Shown here piece by piece: positions 34,982 to 48,111 of a stretch of DNA of 64,000 nt. Origin of the DNA: Camelus ferus (Eukaryota); contig NC_045705.1 in NCBI RefSeq assembly GCF_009834535.1, positions 64,666,001 to 64,730,000 of the forward strand, written 5' to 3'. How positions within the stretch are numbered: position 1 is the first letter of the stretch; every line of letters starts with the position of its first letter. A program made the position numbers and the translations under genes. Below the pieces are notes generated by a model. The model saw only the letters and a program-made list of their open reading frames with translations. It did not search any database and was not told the origin of the DNA.

Positions 34982-37849
34982 TGAGGGTCATGGTGGATGT
35001 CTTCACCTGGAATCACAAGCCTATCTGACACCGGAGACAGCTCTGAACTGGGAGGAAAAGGCGCTACCGGGCCTTGCTGAGGGGCAGCCTGTCAGCTGTC
35101 CGCGTCTGGTGGGGCGGGAGGCCTCCCTGGACTGAGTAGGGGATGGGTCTCTGGTGAGCAGTCGCTGGAAGCCTGGGTGGGGGGCTCTCCCCGCCCAGGC
35201 AATCCTCCCAGATGTGGGGCCTGTTGTGGTGGTGGGGGATCAGGGCTGCTGGCTCTGTCCTGCAATGGCTGGACCCTATCCTGGGCGGGGGGGAGGCAGT
35301 CACCTCCCCACAGGGACACATGCAGAGTGGGGTGCTCACGTGGGAAGGGGCACAGTGACACCCCGGTCCTGGCCTGGGCAGCTTCATCACCTAAATGCTT
35401 CCCCGGGAAACCTCTGTGAGCTGGCAGTGCTGAGGACGCAACAGGCTACTTATTGACGGTCATTAAGTCTTTAGCAAATGGTTTTGGGAGAAAAAAATAG
35501 CCACGATGAGGATTCATCTTGGGCGCCCATCCCAGACCTCAGTGGTGAAGGCGTGTGCTTCCCGACCCCTGGCATTGGCTCGGATCCATGTCCCTCTGCA
35601 GGAGAGCAGAGCAGGGGGTCCAGGAGACCTGTTGGAAGCTGGGCGCATGGGGGGGGTGATAGTGAGAGGCATCGGCAGGTACTAAGCTCTGCCATAAGTG
35701 CTCCCTGCATCCCAGGCCTCATGGCGGCCTTAAGAAAGAGATGCTATTATTATTATATCCCTTTTACAGATGTGGCAACTGAGGGCCTGAGAGGCCAGGT
35801 AGTAGGCCACACAGCTGGTGGGTGACGAAGATGAGAACTGAATTCCTGCAGCACCAAGTGAGGTGACTGAGACCAATGATCAGAGCCCAGCCTGTCCCTG
35901 CCCAAGGAGGCCAGGCCCAGTTCTCTGGGGCCCACAGAGCTGCAGCTTAGGGTTAGGACTCTCCCGGCCTTGGGCAAGTTCCCAGCCTTTCTGAGCTTGA
36001 ATTTCTTCTCCTGTGAAATGCCGGGCTGGGCCTCAGGAGGAAATGTGCGGGAAGTGTTTGGAAAACTACAAAATGCCAGACAAGAGGCTGGTGGAAGCAG
36101 CCCTACACCGCTCACAGGCGAATGGAGGGCCACCTGAGAGCCAGTGGCAGGTCTAGGGGGATCCAGCCCCACCTGCCACTCAGGGGGAGGGTTGCTGCCC
36201 CAGTGGTGGAGAAGGAAACACCATAACTAACCCGGGCGTGCTGGGGCCATGGGGCCGCCCAGCTGATCAGGGCAGATTTAGCAGGACTTTGAAAAATAAA
36301 AAACGTAAAACAGCAAACTGCTGCCCGCTCCTCCCGCTGCAATAAAAATGGATTTATTTGTTCGTGGAATGAAATTTAATAACTTTGGTGGGAGATGAGG
36401 CGTGAACAATAATAGTTTTTTTTGCTCTTCCTCATTTTGGAAGTGGGGAGAGGAGGAAAGAGGAGTGAGGCAGGGGCTCCTATCTGGGACCCTGTTGGGG
36501 AAGGGGATGCTCAGGGGTCCACGTCCTCCAGGGGTTAGTTAAGTAAACCAAGGAGGGGCTGTCTCTATTCATTGCTCCCAAGGAACAGTGCGTACAGTTC
36601 ATCAAACCTTCACATTCCCCTGCTGGCGGTACTCACCCTGCTGTTCTCCCCCTGTGCTCCCCAGTGGGACACCGGGCCTTTGCCCTGCTGGACCTTCTGC
36701 CTGGGGTGCCTTTCTGCCCTCGTCAAAAGTCCACTCATCCCTAGGAGGCCCCTCAAACAAACCCTCCTCCCAGGCTCCCTTGGTGCCCCCAGTCGGAAGC
36801 AGCCTTCGAGCCCTCCTGACCTCCGTCAGCACCAGCCCTCACAGGGAACCCACCTCGATTTCCACCCAGTGTGGGGCTGTGTGGGGGCCCAGGATTCCCT
36901 GGCACAGAACAGCTATCTGGCAATATGTGTTGAATGAATGCGTGAGTGAAGGTCATGGACAGAGACCCAGTGCTTACCTTTCCCTGTAACCTGGTATGGC
37001 CGGGACCCGGCTGAGGCCAAGGATGGAGTCCCTTTGCCAGCTTCCCAGGTGGCCACTGCTCCTGGACTGGGCTGGGACCAACCTGGGGCCTTTCCCAGAC
37101 CTGGGGGCCTGCTCTGGGAAACTCCTACTCCTTCAGGTACAGCTTGTGTTGCTTCACCTCTCTGGGCCTCAGTTTCCCCATTTGTGAAGTGGTTGTGGGG
37201 TCTCTAAGAGACAGGGGCCCTTTGTCAAGCAGGAGGCCCTTTGTCAGGCATGGAGGAGACTGGGCCTGTGGGACCCAAGACCGTGGGGGACACAGACCTT
37301 TAGGACCCAGGGCTGGGAGTGGCAGGACGCCTTGGAGGGGGCTGAAAGGACCCCCACCACCTGCCCAGTGGGACTTACAGGTCCAGGCTCCACAGCCTGG
37401 AGAGGCCTGAGCGGCCGAGGGGAACGAGCTGGCTCTTGGGCTATGCCGGTAGGTCGATAACAAAACAAACGCACTATTGACCGGCCTTGCACTAAATCCT
37501 CCCGGCAGACAAGATGATGTGAGCACGAATCGACTGCTGAACTCATAACCCGGCGGCCCTGCTCCACCAGCAGCCAGGGAGGGCGCAGGCAGGGTGGAGG
37601 CTGGGGCCTGGGGGAGGCAGTGGGGGCAGAGTGCAGGGCTTCACTTCATCCTTCTACTGCCCTGGCATGGAGGGCCCGGTCGTGACCCCATTGCTGGGCC
37701 AGGCCCCAGGGAGGCAGGCGGAGTGGGTAGGTCCAGGCGGAGCCCTTTGGGGGCTGCCTCAGGAGGATGCTTTGGAAGCCAAAAGTGCAGGCATCCCAGA
37801 AGCTAAAATTAGGAGGTCAGCTGATCTAGTTCTTTTGTCTTTAATTAAA

Positions 37850-37960
37850 ATAATTACGTAACATTAGATAAACACAAAAAATACATGTGGCATCTCTGTA
37901 AGTCACGAAGCATAATATAAACCGCACGCTTGGAATCCGCCATGCAAATTAAACCCAGCG
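37850..37960 (-). mobile_element. Possible old L1ME-like fragment
   Basis: AT-rich ataaacacaaaaaatacatg...aagcataatataaac resembles antisense L1ME 3' ends, but is heavily diverged. Confidence 0.35.
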
Positions 37961-40510
37961 GGTAAATGCCCACACTGCTGGGTTAAAACGCCGCTGCGCC
38001 GCTTCCTGCTGCGTGGCCTGGACACGCTGCTTCACCTCTTTGTACCCTGGTCTCCACAACCAGAAGATGGTGATAATAAAGAGCAGCCCCACCCCGGTTA
38101 TAGCGTTGTTCTGAGATGAAATGTGTTAGGATTTCTAAAGCCCTAGGAGCACAGGAAGAGGTAACTGCCCTTGGACTCTGGGGTTTTCTTCTTCCTTGCT
38201 TCCTGTTGTAGACACCTCATCTGTTCCAACTGCCCCATTTCGTGAGGGGTCTTATGGCCCAGAGGGGGCAGACCCCTACCTGCAGTCACCCCGAGGCAGA
38301 CCCAGCTGCAGATGCTCAGGATGCCGGGCCACAGGCAGGGAGCCTGAGGAGGGGGCCAGAGACCCCCACTTCAAGGTTCTGAGGGCCATGGGGCACCATG
38401 CACAGACCTCCAGGGCCGCCTGATGCTGGGCACCTGCTGTGTACTGATGGTGTCCGGTTGTGACCAACATGCCAAGGTCCCTCCTGCTGCCCCCACGTCC
38501 AACCTCACTCCTTTCTGAGGCAGCCAACACCAGACCTAGGGTCCCAGATGTCTGCCTTTGAACCCCATTTGCCACTTTCTGGCTTCTGCTCTGGCCAGGT
38601 GACTTAGCCACCCAGAGCCTCAGTTTGGGCATCTGTAAGACGGACAGGATGAAACCAGGAAGTTTGGGGAAGGACTAACTGAGGTCACATGTGGCACCTG
38701 TTAACTTATTACTTCAAAATTCATGCCAGTCCCCTGCCGTGCCGAGGCCACCCAGCTCTGGCCCACGTTCAGGAGGCGCAGCCCGTAGACGGCACTGGGG
38801 GTGCACATCTGCGGCTGGGCTGTGAGCCTGTGTGGTCTGGCGCGTCAGATGGTGTGTGAGTGCGCGTGGGTTCTCGCCTCCTAAACACACTCCTCAGGGA
38901 GTAAAAGCTGGGCTTCTGCAGGGTAAACACTGCAGCCCTCCCGCGGAGAAGCCGGCGTCCAGCCCTGCGCTTGGGGCGGGGAGGCCCCGCAGCCCTGGGA
39001 ACCTTGCAGGGGCCAGAGCCGCAGCTGGGTCTCTGGGCTCTGGGGCTGGAGGCCTGGCTGGACTGAGAGCACACGGGAGAGAGGCTGGCCCTGGTCACTG
39101 GGGGTGCCGTGGAGGCCCAGGCACGAGGGAGAGGGAGGCCTCTTGCCAGCCAGCCATGTTCCCAGCCGTGAGTGACCTGTCAGCCCAGCCAGCCAGAGGG
39201 ATGGTGGGGGATACCCCCTCTTCACTCCAGTCCTGCCTTCCTCCAAGGAAGGGTCACCTAGAATGTCACAACTAGACATGAGGCTGGCTCAGGGCAATGG
39301 TCTCCTTTTATGATGGGGAAACTGAGGCACAGAGAAAGGCAGGGCTTCCCCAAGGCCCCAGAATCCTATTTGTGGGGTTCTTCCCTCTCTCTGCCAAGGG
39401 GTAAGGCTTATGAGGGAGGTTCCTTCACCTTTTCTACCGCCCAGATTCCTATGGATCCCAACACCCCAGCTCTAGGAGAACTCTCCTGACGCCCGCCCTC
39501 TCACCTCTGAGGATTGTAATCACAACTTTCTGGGCTGAGCCCTATTGTGTGCCACCCCTTCACCGGCCCCGCTGCACACACAGGATCCCACGTGACTCTC
39601 AGAGCAACGCTGGGAGGGAGGACTCGTCTTTGTGTTATAGAGGAAAGGAGCTCAGGGAGGTTGAGTTTCTGGTCCAAGGTCACATAGCAAATAAGGAGTG
39701 GACAAGCAGTCCACCTCTGTGCCCTCAGCCTCCCTCTCTGCATGGCCTTTATTATAGCCCTTCTCCCATCGCTGTGTGATGGCCTGCACTCTTCCAGCGC
39801 ATCCCGGATAGTCAGATCCCCTTTCTCCAAGGAGCCACATACCATTCAACTGTGCTCTGGGCCCCTGAGTGGCTGCCCGGAGGCCTGAGGTGACTGGACT
39901 CAGTGCTTCATTTGCAAGAAGCAGGTTATCAAATCAAATCACTCCCAAGTTCCTGGAGCTCGGGGTGGGGAAGGCTCTGGTTGCCCCAGTGGTCTCCAGC
40001 CTCACTCTGGGATCCTGAGTGAGGGGTCTCACTTTCCATCTGGGAGCCTCCTGTTCAGTCAAGGAGATGCCACCCAGAGGCCGAAGGGGTTACTTCCCTG
40101 TCAAGTCAGCTGGCCTTCTGACTTCCCCAGGGCTGAAAAGGGAGGTCTGGGATCTAAGATCCTGCCCCGGCCCCCTGCAGGACAGAGGAAGGGGATAGGC
40201 ACTGGGGGATCTCGTCCTTGAGGAGGCCTGGTCTCCGCTACTGACCCCAGGAAGGACTTTATCCTCTCTGGGTTGCTTTCTTTTACTGAGAAGACGGGAG
40301 GTGAGGCTGACCCCGGGGGACTCTCTGTGGGAATTCTGGGACACATTTAGACAGGCTGGGACCTGCCTGGCCAGCCCCTGGCCCCGCCTTCCTAATGAGC
40401 CCCCATCACCCCATCTGGATAGAACTGGCCCTGTGGGGTGACCCTCGTGGCTCTGAACCATTCCCTGGGCACCATCTAAAGCCTGGCATCTAAATCCTTC
40501 ACTTCTTTGA

Positions 40511-40616
40511 ATCTTCATCATAATCCACTATTATTCCTGTTTTACAGAGGGGGAAACTGAGGCTCAGAGAGACTAAGTAACTTGCCCAAAGCCACCCAGC
40601 TGATAGGTGGCACAGT
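40511..40616 (-). mobile_element. MIR SINE
   Basis: ttttacagagggggaaactgaggctcagagagactaagtaacttgcccaaagccacccagct. Confidence 0.8.
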
Positions 40617-41377
40617 CTCAAGGCAAGGCTCAGGCAGAGATAGATGGATCATCTGGCCCTGCTGCCCCCTCCCTTCGGTGGCTAGATTCCTGTCCCATTC
40701 CATCCTCATTTGAAGTGACAATCTACCCAGCTCCTAAGGAAAGGGAAGGGGAGACACCCTGGACCTGGCTCTGGGGTGAAGGGAAGCCAGAGGTCCTGCT
40801 CCACACTGTTCTCACTCCCTTCTGCTGCCCCCTCCCTGGCGCCCCTACCCCACAGCCAGAGGCATCTCCCTAAAACACAGGCTGACCCTGCCAGTCACCT
40901 GCCCAGCCCTGGGGCCCTGGTGAGACCACAGAGGGCCTCCACCTCTGGCCCCAGCGACCTTCCCAGCTCCCCGCTACCCCATCCCCATCACCCCTTCCCC
41001 TGTCTCCTGTCCCTCCTCAGATAAGCCCTGCCCCATGCTCCCTGCCCCACTTCATTTCACCCTGCAGGCTTCTACTTCCTAAGCAAGGCCCTCTGACCCT
41101 TCTTCAGGGACCCCACCCCCGGACTGAGATGCCCCCGACCTCCCACCTCCTGGGCCAAAGACGCCCCTCACTGCACCCTGGTTCAGCAGCTCCAAGGGCA
41201 GGACAGGTCTGGGGGCTCCCCGGGTATCCAGAGCAGCCTAGTGCTCTGATCCCTGATCTGTCTCCAGCGCCCAGAGCAGTGCCTGGCATATCACAGGCTG
41301 GCCTTATGCTCTGGGCGAATGAATGAACAAATGTCCTGTGTGGGCAATTGGGATCTAGAGATGGCTGACTTTTATGT

Positions 41378-41520
41378 CACCACTCTAAGTGCTCAGCCAG
41401 GGTCAGTTCATTTAATCCTCACAACAGCCTTATGTGGTGGACACCACTATCCCCATTTTCCAGAGGAGGAAGCTGAGGCACAGGGAGGGAAGTGAAATCA
41501 CTCAAGGTCACACAGCCAGG
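41378..41520 (-). mobile_element. MIR SINE
   Basis: tcatttaatcctcacaacagccttatg...ccccattttccagaggaggaagctgaggcac...caaggtcacacagc. Confidence 0.8.
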
Positions 41521-41756
41521 GAAACATGGGCCCTCGCTGTCTTCAGGAGCTGGAGGTCTGGTCCAGGCAAACACTGAGATGACTTGGGTGGTCTGTGGCA
41601 CCAGAGCAGAGGGTGTGACAGCTCCCCCAGCAAGAGAGGGGGCAGGACCCAGGGGACTAGGCAGCCAGGATGGCACAAATACCTGTTGGCCACTCCCCGT
41701 TTAGCAGTTGTACTGGCTCAGGCAGGGAGGTGAAGAGAGACTTCACTCAAGGAAAT

Positions 41757-42635
41757 AAAGTCACCAAATTTAGCAAATAAAAATACCCAATGTTCATATA
41801 TCCAGAGAAAACTCTAAAATCAGAANNNNNNNNNNNNNNNNNNNNNNNNNNNNNNNNNNNNNNNNNNNNNNNNNNNNNNNNNNNNNNNNNNNNNNNNNNN
41901 NNNNNNNNNNNNNNNNNNNNNNNNNNNNNNNNNNNNNNNNNNNNNNNNNNNNNNNNNNNNNNNNNNNNNNNNNNNNNNNNNNNNNNNNNNNNNNNNNNNN
42001 NNNNNNNNNNNNNNNNNNNNNNNNNNNNNNNNNNNNNNNNNNNNNNNNNNNNNNNNNNNNNNNNNNNNNNNNNNNNNNNNNNNAAGTGAAGTCAGACAGA
42101 GAAAGACAAATATCATATGATAGCACTTCAATGTGGAATCTAAAAAAAATGACATGAACTTATTTACAAAACAGAAACAAACTCACAGACATAGAAATCA
42201 AACTTATGGTTACCAAAGGGGGAAGGTGAGGGAGGGATAAATTAAGAGTTTGGGATTTGCAGATACAAACTACTATGTATAAAATAGATAAACAAAGTCC
42301 TACTGTATAGCACAGGGAATGATATTCAATATCTTGAATATAACCTATAATGAAAAAATATGAAAAGGAATATATATATGTATAGCTGAATCACTATGCT
42401 GTACACCAGAAACTAAGACAACATTGTAAATCAACTAGACTTCAACTAAAATGAAAAAGAAAGAAAAAAATACCAGATGCGCGATTAAACTTGAATTTCT
42501 GAGAAGTAACCGATAATTTCTGTAGTATTAAGTAAACCCCAGGTGATCTTTGGGACTTATTTATACCAAAAAAAGTATTTGTTGTTTGTTTGAAATATAC
42601 ATTTAAGTGGGTTCCTATATTTTATCTGTCAGCCT
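41757..42635. mobile_element. MER3-like hAT-family MITE split by the L1 (pieces 41757-41787 and 42466-42635)
   Basis: Left end aaagtcaccaaatttagcaaataaaaatac. Right part taccagatgcgcgattaaacttgaatttc...tattttatctgtcagcct. Both match the recalled palindromic MER3 consensus (GGTTGCCAGATTTAGCAAATAAAAATAC...TATTTTATCTGGCAACCCT). Confidence 0.75.
41788..42465 (+). mobile_element. 5'-truncated LINE-1 (end of ORF2 plus 3' UTR, cetartiodactyl type), interrupted by an N gap
   Basis: catatatccagagaaaactct (ORF2 end), and after the gap aagtcagacagagaaagacaaatatcatatga...gtcctactgtatagcacaggga...gctgtacaccagaaact with an A-rich tail. TSD aaaaatacc at 41779-41787 and 42466-42474. Confidence 0.9.
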
Positions 42636-44634
42636 ACAAAGAAGAGGTAGAAAGGAGCTAGGCTGTAATGTGAGATTACAGCCCATTTTCTAGATGGGGA
42701 AACTGAGGTCTAGAGCAGGCAGGGCCTTGTGACTGACAGAGCCAAGATGGGGCCCAAGCTCTGGACTCCAAGCCCTCCTACTCAGTGGACTGCCCCAGGA
42801 GGCCAGGCTGGTGACCCCACCCCCACATCTCGGCTGAGCTGCCCGGTGCCCCTCTCAGGTGCCTGCTGCAATCCACAGACCACACCGCCAGAGGTTCTCC
42901 TCTCCAACCTCCCCCTCCACCATCCCTCTCCTTCTCATACGCCCACCCTCACTCATCTCCTTGGCTTGGGGCTAAGACTTCCTCACGTGGAAGGGATCTG
43001 CATGGAGTGAATTTTCACAGCTGGGTTATCACCTCCTAAAAATAGGGCCGAGTGATGGATGGGAGCTGTCGCCAGGCCCTCCAGCCATGGGGAGCAGTGG
43101 TGGGAGTGAGGGAGGGGAATGGGAACCAGTGAGGGGTCCACAGACCCCAGCCAGTGCTCTCAACCTCGGGGTGCCTCCCCAGCCCTGGGTGGGCTTGAAC
43201 CCCCTCTCATTGATGAGGGGGAAGTTGCTCTGCACCAGAGGTCTTCAGAGCTGGGTCTGAGCCTCTGGGAGGAGCAGCCCTGACAGGTACCAGCCACACC
43301 AGGCCAAGTAATTCATCTGCCCAACAGGTGCCCCCCACCTGCCGGCAGCTGGAAGTATCTGTATCAGGTGGGGTTGGGGCCGGGCCTCAGGCAGGGGTGT
43401 CTGGGAATCAGAGACCCTGTGACAAGGCCGCCCTGCTGTCTCCCTCTCCCTACCTGAGCCCCATTCTCGATTTTGTCTTTTAGCTTCTTGGTTTTTAAAC
43501 ACCCATCAGCCCGGCCTCAGGATTCAGGTGCTGATGGGCATTTGTGGAGACATGGCTGGGATGGTGGGGGACACGGGGTCTCCTTGGCCCCAACACACAT
43601 GCTCAGCCCAGACACTCAGGACACACTGATGGGCATACACAGACTCACAGACAGACACTGGGTGTGCACACACCCACCTCTTCCCCTTGGTCTCTGGAGG
43701 CACTAACATGGGGTAGGGTCCAGCTGGTGTCACTGCCCATTGCGGCACAGTCACCTAGCACTGCGCTGACATGGTCGAGGATCCCCTGACCCACAGCTGG
43801 TCTGGGCCTCTGGCCGACTGGGAAGGCTGCTGCTTGGCCACTTGGGCCAATAGCCTCCCATGGTGATGGGGGTGCTTCAGGAGACCATTCTGGCCCAGCC
43901 TGGCCTCCTTCCCCAAGTCTCTCTTCAGCCGGGGCCCCAGGGGCTCTCCCCACACCTGGGACCTGGGGTCTGGGAGTGGCCTGCCTCTTCCAGTCTTTTT
44001 CTCTGTCCACAAGTGTGTATGGGGTGCCCCCTGACTATGGGTGCTGGCGACAGCCCTGCCCTTCCTTCCTGGTCCCGAACCCCCTGCCCAGCCCCGAGAA
44101 GCTGGAAGAACAGCCTGTGCCCCTTGCTCAGAAAGATGTTTCCCCCGCCAGGACAGAGATAGGCATGCTCGCCTTATGCACAGGTGGGAGCTGTGAGACC
44201 CCTGCTCTGGCCTCTTCTCCAGCCTGAAGCCTCCGCCCAGTCCCATCTGTGTCCATCCGCCGATGCTCTCAGCGGGCGAGGCGGCCTCGGAGCTGCGATA
44301 TTAAATGCAGCTGCACCGAAACATGGCCTCAATCCAATTACACCAGGAAACAAGACGAGCCGCTTAGGCTAATCTGGTTATTCTGCCCTGGCCTCCCTCG
44401 GCAGCCTCGAAGGGATGCCCAGGATGGGCAGCCGTCTGGATGGGCAGTGGTGTGAATGCCGCCCTGTGCCCTGCGGGGTCCCACTGGGTGGCCGCAGGAC
44501 GGGCTGCCCATCTCCCAGGTGATGTGCCAGCGCACTTGGCTCCTGCTGGCTGGGAAGCGACGGGGCTGCGGAGAAGCTTCTTCGCTCGCAGCCCACAGCT
44601 AGGCGGGCAGGAGAGTCCTTCACTAATCATCCTG

Positions 44635-45190
44635 TAAATATTCACTGAGCACGAAGCTTCCAGGTGCCTAGGGCCTGATCTGAGTAGTGGGTGAAGGGAC
44701 AGTGGGTCTCTGCCCTCTGGGAGGTACCCGAGCTGGGGATACAGGACACAAATAAACCCAAAAGATGGTTTCAGACTGGGTGATGGAAGGGAGGAAGGCC
44801 CTGAGGAGGAGGAGGAGGAGACGCTGGAGCAGAGGCTGGTGGAGGGAACAGCAAGAGCTGGGGATCGGGAGGGATGGGGCAGGTTCCAGGATGTAAAGGA
44901 AGACGGTATGTCTTAGGGTGGTGAGTAGGGGAGGTGGGGGCCTTGTGGACCCTGGTGAAGAACTCAGATTTGTTCTAAGTGGGGAGCTGCTATGGGATTT
45001 AGGTTCCCAGGGGCTCACTCTAGCTGCCAGGTGGACAGGCCACAGTGCGGGGTTGGGAGAGACCATCCTGGGCTCCAAGCAGAGGCAGTGCTTAGGGCAG
45101 GGAGGGAGACAGACATCGGATGGACTGGAGAGAAGTGGTGGAATTCAGTCGGTTCTGAAAGGACTTGCTGACAACTGTGTAGGGGGTCAG
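44635..45190 (-). mobile_element. L2 LINE fragment (antisense)
   Basis: aaatattcactgagcac...gtctctgccctctgggagg...gatttaggttcccagggctcactctagctgccaggtgga. Confidence 0.55.
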
Positions 45191-45838
45191 GGGGTCCAGG
45201 GAGGCCCTGTGGCCTCTCCTGCTCCGCCCAAATAGCCACCCACGTGGTGCTTCATGATCACAGGGGCTCTCCCACCTTTGCTCATGCTCCCCAGTGCCGT
45301 GGATGCCTCTGGGAATTAGATAGACCGGGGTCTGCCCTTCGAGAGGTTATAGTCAAAGTGAGAGACATTGCAGGAGGGAAGGGGTAGCTATGAGGGGATG
45401 TACAGGGAGCAGTTGGTGTCACAGCCAAGATCCAAGGGCTAAGCAAGAGGCAGGCAGGGTAGGTGGAGGGAGTCAGGCATGAGAAGAGTGTCCCACACAG
45501 AGGGACCAGTGAGTGCAAAGGCCGGGTGGTGGGAGAAATCAGCTGTCATGAACCAGAGAGCAGTCCAGAGAGATGGAGGGCTCTGGGGTGAGAGATGGGC
45601 TGGACAGAGAGGCAGGGTTGGGGCCCAGAGGCTGGACAAAGCCAAGGCTCCTGGAGGAAAGGGATAGGTGGAGTGGGTGGCCTGGTCACAGGCAGGACTG
45701 AGCAGTAGATGATGGGGGTGGGGCAGAAATGTGGAGTGGGGTGAGGAAGAAGGCACTTCTATCTGGAGGTGTAGCCAGGCCTGGAGGAGCACTCGGGCCC
45801 AAGGAAGGAGCAATAGGGAGCCAGTGAAAGTTCTTGAG

Positions 45839-45985
45839 GGGGGGGGGAGTTTTAGCTCAGTGGTAGGGCACCTGCTTAGCATGCAGGAGGTCCTAGGTTC
45901 AATCCCCAGTACCTCCATTAAGAAATAAATACATAAGTAAGCCTAATTACTTCCCCCCAAAAAAACAATAAAAAAAATTTAAATC
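45839..45985 (+). mobile_element. tRNA-Ala-derived SINE (Vic-1-like), full length
   Basis: tagctcagtggtagggcacctgcttagcatgcaggaggtcctaggttcaatccccagtacctcca, then tail cctaattacttcccccc and poly(A). 11-bp TSD aagttcttgag at 45828-45838 and 45986-45996. Confidence 0.9.
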
Positions 45986-46174
45986 AAGTTCTTGAGTGAG
46001 GGAGTAGTGAGATTAAAGCTTGTCTTCAGTCATGAAAGAGGGAAGCAAGACTGTATCACGGGAAGTGCTAAAATGACCTGGGTTCCAACCTCCGCTGAGT
46101 TATTTGTTCACTTGAGACTTCCTTTCCCTGAGCCTGGGTTTTTCTTCTTTATAAGCTTAGTTCAAACTCACTTA

Positions 46175-46301
46175 AAAAAAATTCACATGAGATAAAATTC
46201 TTCTAAAGTGTAGACTTCAGTGTTTTTTTTTTGTACGTTTGCAAAGTTGTGCAATCATTGCTTCCAATTCCAGAACATTTTCATCACTCCAAAAAGAAGC
46301 C
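46175..46301 (-). mobile_element. Old L1M (L1MB/MC-like) 3' UTR fragment
   Basis: aattcacatgagataaaattc...aaagtgtagacttcagtg...gttgtgcaatcatt...ttccagaacattttcatcactccaaaaagaa matches the antisense old-L1 3' UTR motif. Confidence 0.7.
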
Positions 46302-48111
46302 TTAGGTTTGTCATCTGTAAAACGGGGACACAAATGGGCCCCTGAGTCACAGGGAGGTGGTGAGGGTTGAACAGGAGACTCCCTGTACACTGGTGTCTTT
46401 GACAAAGGAGGGTTACATTTATGATGCAGAACAGAGCCCTTTCCCATGTCCCCGTTTCACCCTTCCCTGTAGAACTTCCCTCCTCCATGTGCCCACTGCA
46501 CAGACCCAGACTACTGAGGACCATTCAGAACCGGGAGTGAGCAAAGAGGGAGCAGGAGAGGTGGAGGAAGCCTCCAGGGGGGTTCTAGAATTTGAGGGGA
46601 TTCCCGACTCTCCTGAGGTCCCAACCCTGACATTAGCAGAGTGTATTTAATGAAGGGACCCTCTGCCATCTTCCCCTGAAGGCCTATACTTTGTAATTCT
46701 TTTAAAATCAGTTACCATGAGTTTATCATGGTACCAGTTATCAAGTTACCAGTTTATCTGGAGTTTATCCCAGCACACTTGAAGCACCCTGGCACCGTGG
46801 TCCTGGAGCCTGGAGGTTCAGGATGTGGAGTGTGTCTGGTGTTCAATCTGGCCTCATAAATGCTTCTCCACTTGAACCCAACAGGTGAAGGGGTGGCTGA
46901 AGCCTGTTCCTACGGGCAGTGGGCCGCCCTGCCTCCCCACCCTGGAGGTCCCGCGCTGAGCTGGGCAGCCACCTGCTTCTTCCCACCTGCTTCCTTTGAG
47001 AGCAGCTGAGAAACCAGGGAGAGGGTGGGGTCCATTCTCCCAACTCACAGACATGATGAATAAAGCCAGGGTTCCAGGGGCCACTGGGTGGCGGAGCTGG
47101 GGGTTCAGCGGAGGAGGGTTCTGCTCCGGATCCCCTGGGCTCTCTCCTGGCTGCTGCTTACCACCTGGTGTTTCTAATGGGTGTGTAGTCCCCACGGCTG
47201 TGTCAACAAACTGACCATTCGCAGAATAGGCAGCTGCCTCCCAGGACAGGGTCACAAAGTGAGTGAGCTCCGGCATCCCAGACTGGGCCAGAGGGGCTCT
47301 CCTGCTCTGTGTGCCCCTAGGGCAGCCTGGCCGGCCTGTGGAGCAGGGGAGCTCTGTCCAGTTTCCTAGGCCCCTCCTGGCTGCTAGGCCTAGAGCTCCC
47401 CCCACCACCCTGGGCTTTGGGAGGAGAAGGATTTCGGGGAATTTGTAGAAGACAGGATGGGGGGCCCAGAGCAGCTGATGGCTGGGAAGCCAGGCCACAC
47501 TCAGGGCAGGCTGGGAATTCTGGCTGGAGGAGGTGATGGTGATGGTGAGGGGGTTGGGGGAAGTTGGGGACTGGGCCAAGGGACTGAAGGTCAGGTCGGG
47601 ACCAAGAGCAAGTTGTGGGAGGTGGACCAAGGCTATGGGAGTCAGAGCTCAAGGCTGAAGTAGGGTTCAGATCTGGGGTGAGGTTCAAGGGCCAGGAGCT
47701 GATGACCCCACCTTCAGATATACACACAAGGTAGGAGGGTGGGGTCCCCAGCCTGGAACCCCAAACCTCTACTCTTCTCCACCCTGCAGGCTCTAGGCAC
47801 CCCAAGAGGGGCAGGCGGGGTGCTGAGGTGTCACCCAAAGGGGTTCCCCTCTGAGAGGAATCTGGGGAGAATTCCTGGACCTTGGCATTCATGAAGGTTG
47901 AGACGCCTTCCCCAGGCCACTTTCCCACAGCTCAGATTTCGACAGAACCTGGAAGGCCCCAGGATTCGGGGATGGGCTGTGTTGGCCCTGCCCCCCAGCT
48001 CTTCCATCCCCATCTGTGCCACCCTGACTTCTTCCTCCATCTTCTCTTCTAACTGTGAAAGTGCCCAAGAGCTGTTTGCATGTCCCATGTGCCGAGCGCC
48101 CTCTGGGTCTC

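Noticed and set aside
47189-47258. Possible 70-nt + strand exon (gtgtag|...aaa|gtgagt), and a strong donor CAG|GTAAGG at 53645
   Set aside because: The acceptor or polypyrimidine tract is poor or missing, so there is no support without transcript data.
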